Shown here: in pieces, positions 50,013-51,544 of the stretch
Layout: every line of letters begins with the position of its first letter
Position numbering within the stretch: the first letter of the stretch is position 1
Virus record (IMG/VR): IMGVR_UViG_3300011008_000187
DNA: 51,544 bases
Source of the DNA: a virus
Strand: one strand, 5' to 3'
Notes under the pieces: generated by a model
The model's input: only the letters and a program-made list of their open reading frames with translations
Told to the model about the DNA's origin: nothing
Database searches by the model: none
Made by a program: the position numbers and the translations under genes

Positions 50013-51544
50013 AACTGACAATCAAAATCAGCGGCAAGGTCGATAAGAGCCTGAGCACGGCCATTTCGCAGGCGACCGGGCAGGTGTCCGGGATCGCTAC
50101 CACGTTTAGCCACATCGGGACTGTCGGCCTTGCCGCTATGGGCGCTCTTGCCACGGGAACCGTCGCCGCGATTGCCGACTGCACCAAGGCGGCGGAGGGC
50201 TTTGAGCAGAGCATGGCCGACGTGGTGAAATACGTCGATGGTCTGGCGGACGCGAGCGGCAGGATAAGCGACGCATTAGCGCCGGAGACGGCGGGCACCA
50301 TTCTGGACGGCAACACCTACGCCGAGAACTACGCCATAATGACGGACGCGCTGCTGGATTTGAGCACGCAAATCCCCATGACGGCGGACGACCTGACGCG
50401 CCTCGCCGCTGCTGCCGGACAGTCCGGCAAGAGCCTTACCGACTTAATCCAGTACGACGAGGCCGGGAATATCACCGGCTTTTTACGCGACGTTGCCATG
50501 ATGGGCACCGCCATGGACATATCGGCGGATCAGGCGGGCGACTGGGCGGCCAAGTGGGAAAAAGCGTTCAACATGAACCATGATGAAATCATGGTGCTTG
50601 CTGACCAGATCAACTATTTGGGCGCGAACAGCGCAACGACGGCGGCAGAGATCGCGGAAGCGGTCAACGGCGCGGCCAGTCTCGGCCAGATCGCAGGCGT
50701 GGACGTGGCAACGACGGCGGCGCTGGCGGACGCAATGCTGGCGACCGGCGTAAACAGCGGGCGCGTGGCGACGGCCATCAAGCGCACATTCACCAACATG
50801 AGCAAGGGCAGCAGCGCGACCAAGGCCATGAAAGACCAATGGGAAGAACTGGGCTTCACGGCGGAGGGCGTGGCGCTTGCCATGCAGCAGGACAGCATCG
50901 GCACGCTGAACGCCGTATTTGAAGCTATCGGCAATCTGCCGGAGGAACGACAGGTAGCCGCGCTATCCACCCTGTTTGGTCAGTGGGCCATTGAGGGCAC
51001 GGCAAAGGTTGTCGGGAACATGAGCACGTTCACCGACGCGCTGGCAATGGTCAGCGATCCGGCGCTGTACGGCGGAAGCATGGAGCGGGAATTTATCATC
51101 AAGTCCAGCACCACACAGGCAATCGACACGATGATGGCAAATTCCGTGGAAGCTCTAAAAATAGATTTCGGGACTGAATTTCTGCCGGTCAAAAAAGAGT
51201 TCAGTCTTATGATGATCGATCTGATGAATACGCTCCGGGACAATATGCCGGAGCTGAAAGAGCTGGGATCGACACTGGCGGAGATCGCGGCAAAGGGCGT
51301 CGCAGCATTGTCCGAGGCTCTGCCAAAGGCGCTGCCGTATATCAAGCAGGCGCTTGACTATGTGAACGAACACGGGCCGGAGCTGGCAAGCACCATCGGG
51401 AAGATCGCGGCGGTGCTGGTGGGCATGAAGTTTGCCCCGGCCATTGAGGGCGTGCTGGGCGGCGTCGGTTCTCTGCTGTTCGGCAAGAGCACCGGCGGCG
51501 GCATCGGCTCCCTGCTGGGCATCGGCGGAGCGGCGGCGGGCGGC
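49991..51544 (+). CDS. Tail tape measure protein, N-terminal part (runs off the window end and continues at base 1)
   Basis: ATG at 49991. Contains a TP901-type tape-measure core (..LGANSATTAAEIAEAVNGAASLGQIAGV..). No stop before 51544. Confidence 0.85.
   Translation, partial: MAKSKALELTIKISGKVDKSLSTAISQATGQVSGIATTFSHIGTVGLAAMGALATGTVAAIADCTKAAEGFEQSMADVVKYVDGLADASGRISDALAPETAGTILDGNTYAENYAIMTDALLDLSTQIPMTADDLTRLAAAAGQSGKSLTDLIQYDEAGNITGFLRDVAMMGTAMDISADQAGDWAAKWEKAFNMNHDEIMVLADQINYLGANSATTAAEIAEAVNGAASLGQIAGVDVATTAALADAMLATGVNSGRVATAIKRTFTNMSKGSSATKAMKDQWEELGFTAEGVALAMQQDSIGTLNAVFEAIGNLPEERQVAALSTLFGQWAIEGTAKVVGNMSTFTDALAMVSDPALYGGSMEREFIIKSSTTQAIDTMMANSVEALKIDFGTEFLPVKKEFSLMMIDLMNTLRDNMPELKELGSTLAEIAAKGVAALSEALPKALPYIKQALDYVNEHGPELASTIGKIAAVLVGMKFAPAIEGVLGGVGSLLFGKSTGGGIGSLLGIGGAAAGG
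51446..51544 (+). repeat. 99-bp terminal redundancy (identical to 1-99); circular-assembly overlap
   Basis: Base-by-base comparison shows identity. Confidence 0.95.

Larger units (their letters stand above)
1..51544. mobile_element. Complete circularly permuted tailed-phage genome (contractile tail); unit length 51,445 bp
   Basis: Bases 1-99 are identical to 51446-51544. The tape-measure ORF is in frame across the junction. All phage modules are present. Confidence 0.85.

Noticed and set aside
1-51544. tRNA, rRNA, tmRNA genes and classic defence systems (RM endonuclease, Abi, CBASS and similar).
   Set aside because: None was recognisable by eye. The only nucleic-acid enzymes are orphan methyltransferases, Lar, HD, Rep, the transposase and the RT. 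A tRNAscan or DefenseFinder run would be needed to be certain.

Overview
The window is one complete, circularly permuted genome of a tailed dsDNA phage. Bases 1-99 are identical to 51446-51544, giving a unit length of 51,445 bp, and the tape-measure gene reads in frame across that junction. The sequence is visibly GC-rich. Gene content (SleB-type hydrolase, LL-H-type holin, amidase_2 plus SH3b endolysin) suggests a Gram-positive, Clostridia-like host, but this is weak inference.

Modules in order:
- 1-9625: end of the tape measure, then a P2/Mu/PBSX-like baseplate (X, D, V, U-like, W/gp25, J, I) and tail-fibre genes.
- 8537-11663: a complete diversity-generating retroelement (DGR) with target/VR1, avd, TR and RT.
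- 11798-13879: lysis cassette.
- 13966-15164: an IS30-family DDE transposase in the position where an integrase normally sits. I found no tyrosine or serine integrase anywhere.
- 15304-28591: a long plus-strand early operon behind a promoter, palindrome and terminator leader. It contains an IS30-like HTH-only paralogue, a SleB-like hydrolase, a C5-MTase, Lar, a Gp37/Gp68 protein, an HD hydrolase, an N6/N4-MTase, a second remote DGR target with its own VR, an ASCH protein, an HUH rolling-circle Rep, DUF1064 and an ArpU/sigma-like regulator.
- 28851-34326: a minus-strand accessory island whose genes resemble conjugative-element leading-region genes (ArdC-N-like, DUF3560-like, DUF3849-like). It is punctuated by a three-copy structured repeat.
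- 34340-35947: a regulatory region with an RHH gene, an XRE gene, repeated operators and about 730 bp of repeat-rich non-coding DNA.
- 36997-51544: a lambda-like packaging and head module (Nu1-like, GpA, W, portal, ClpP-type protease, D, E), followed by sheath, tube, a frameshifting chaperone and the tape-measure start.

The most notable items are the two-target DGR with conserved, covarying post-VR hairpins, the early-operon leader, two small proteins ending in a clamp-binding-like WxQ(F/Y)ALFA motif, and the repeat-rich non-coding block. All functional calls come from motif recognition by eye. No database search was run.
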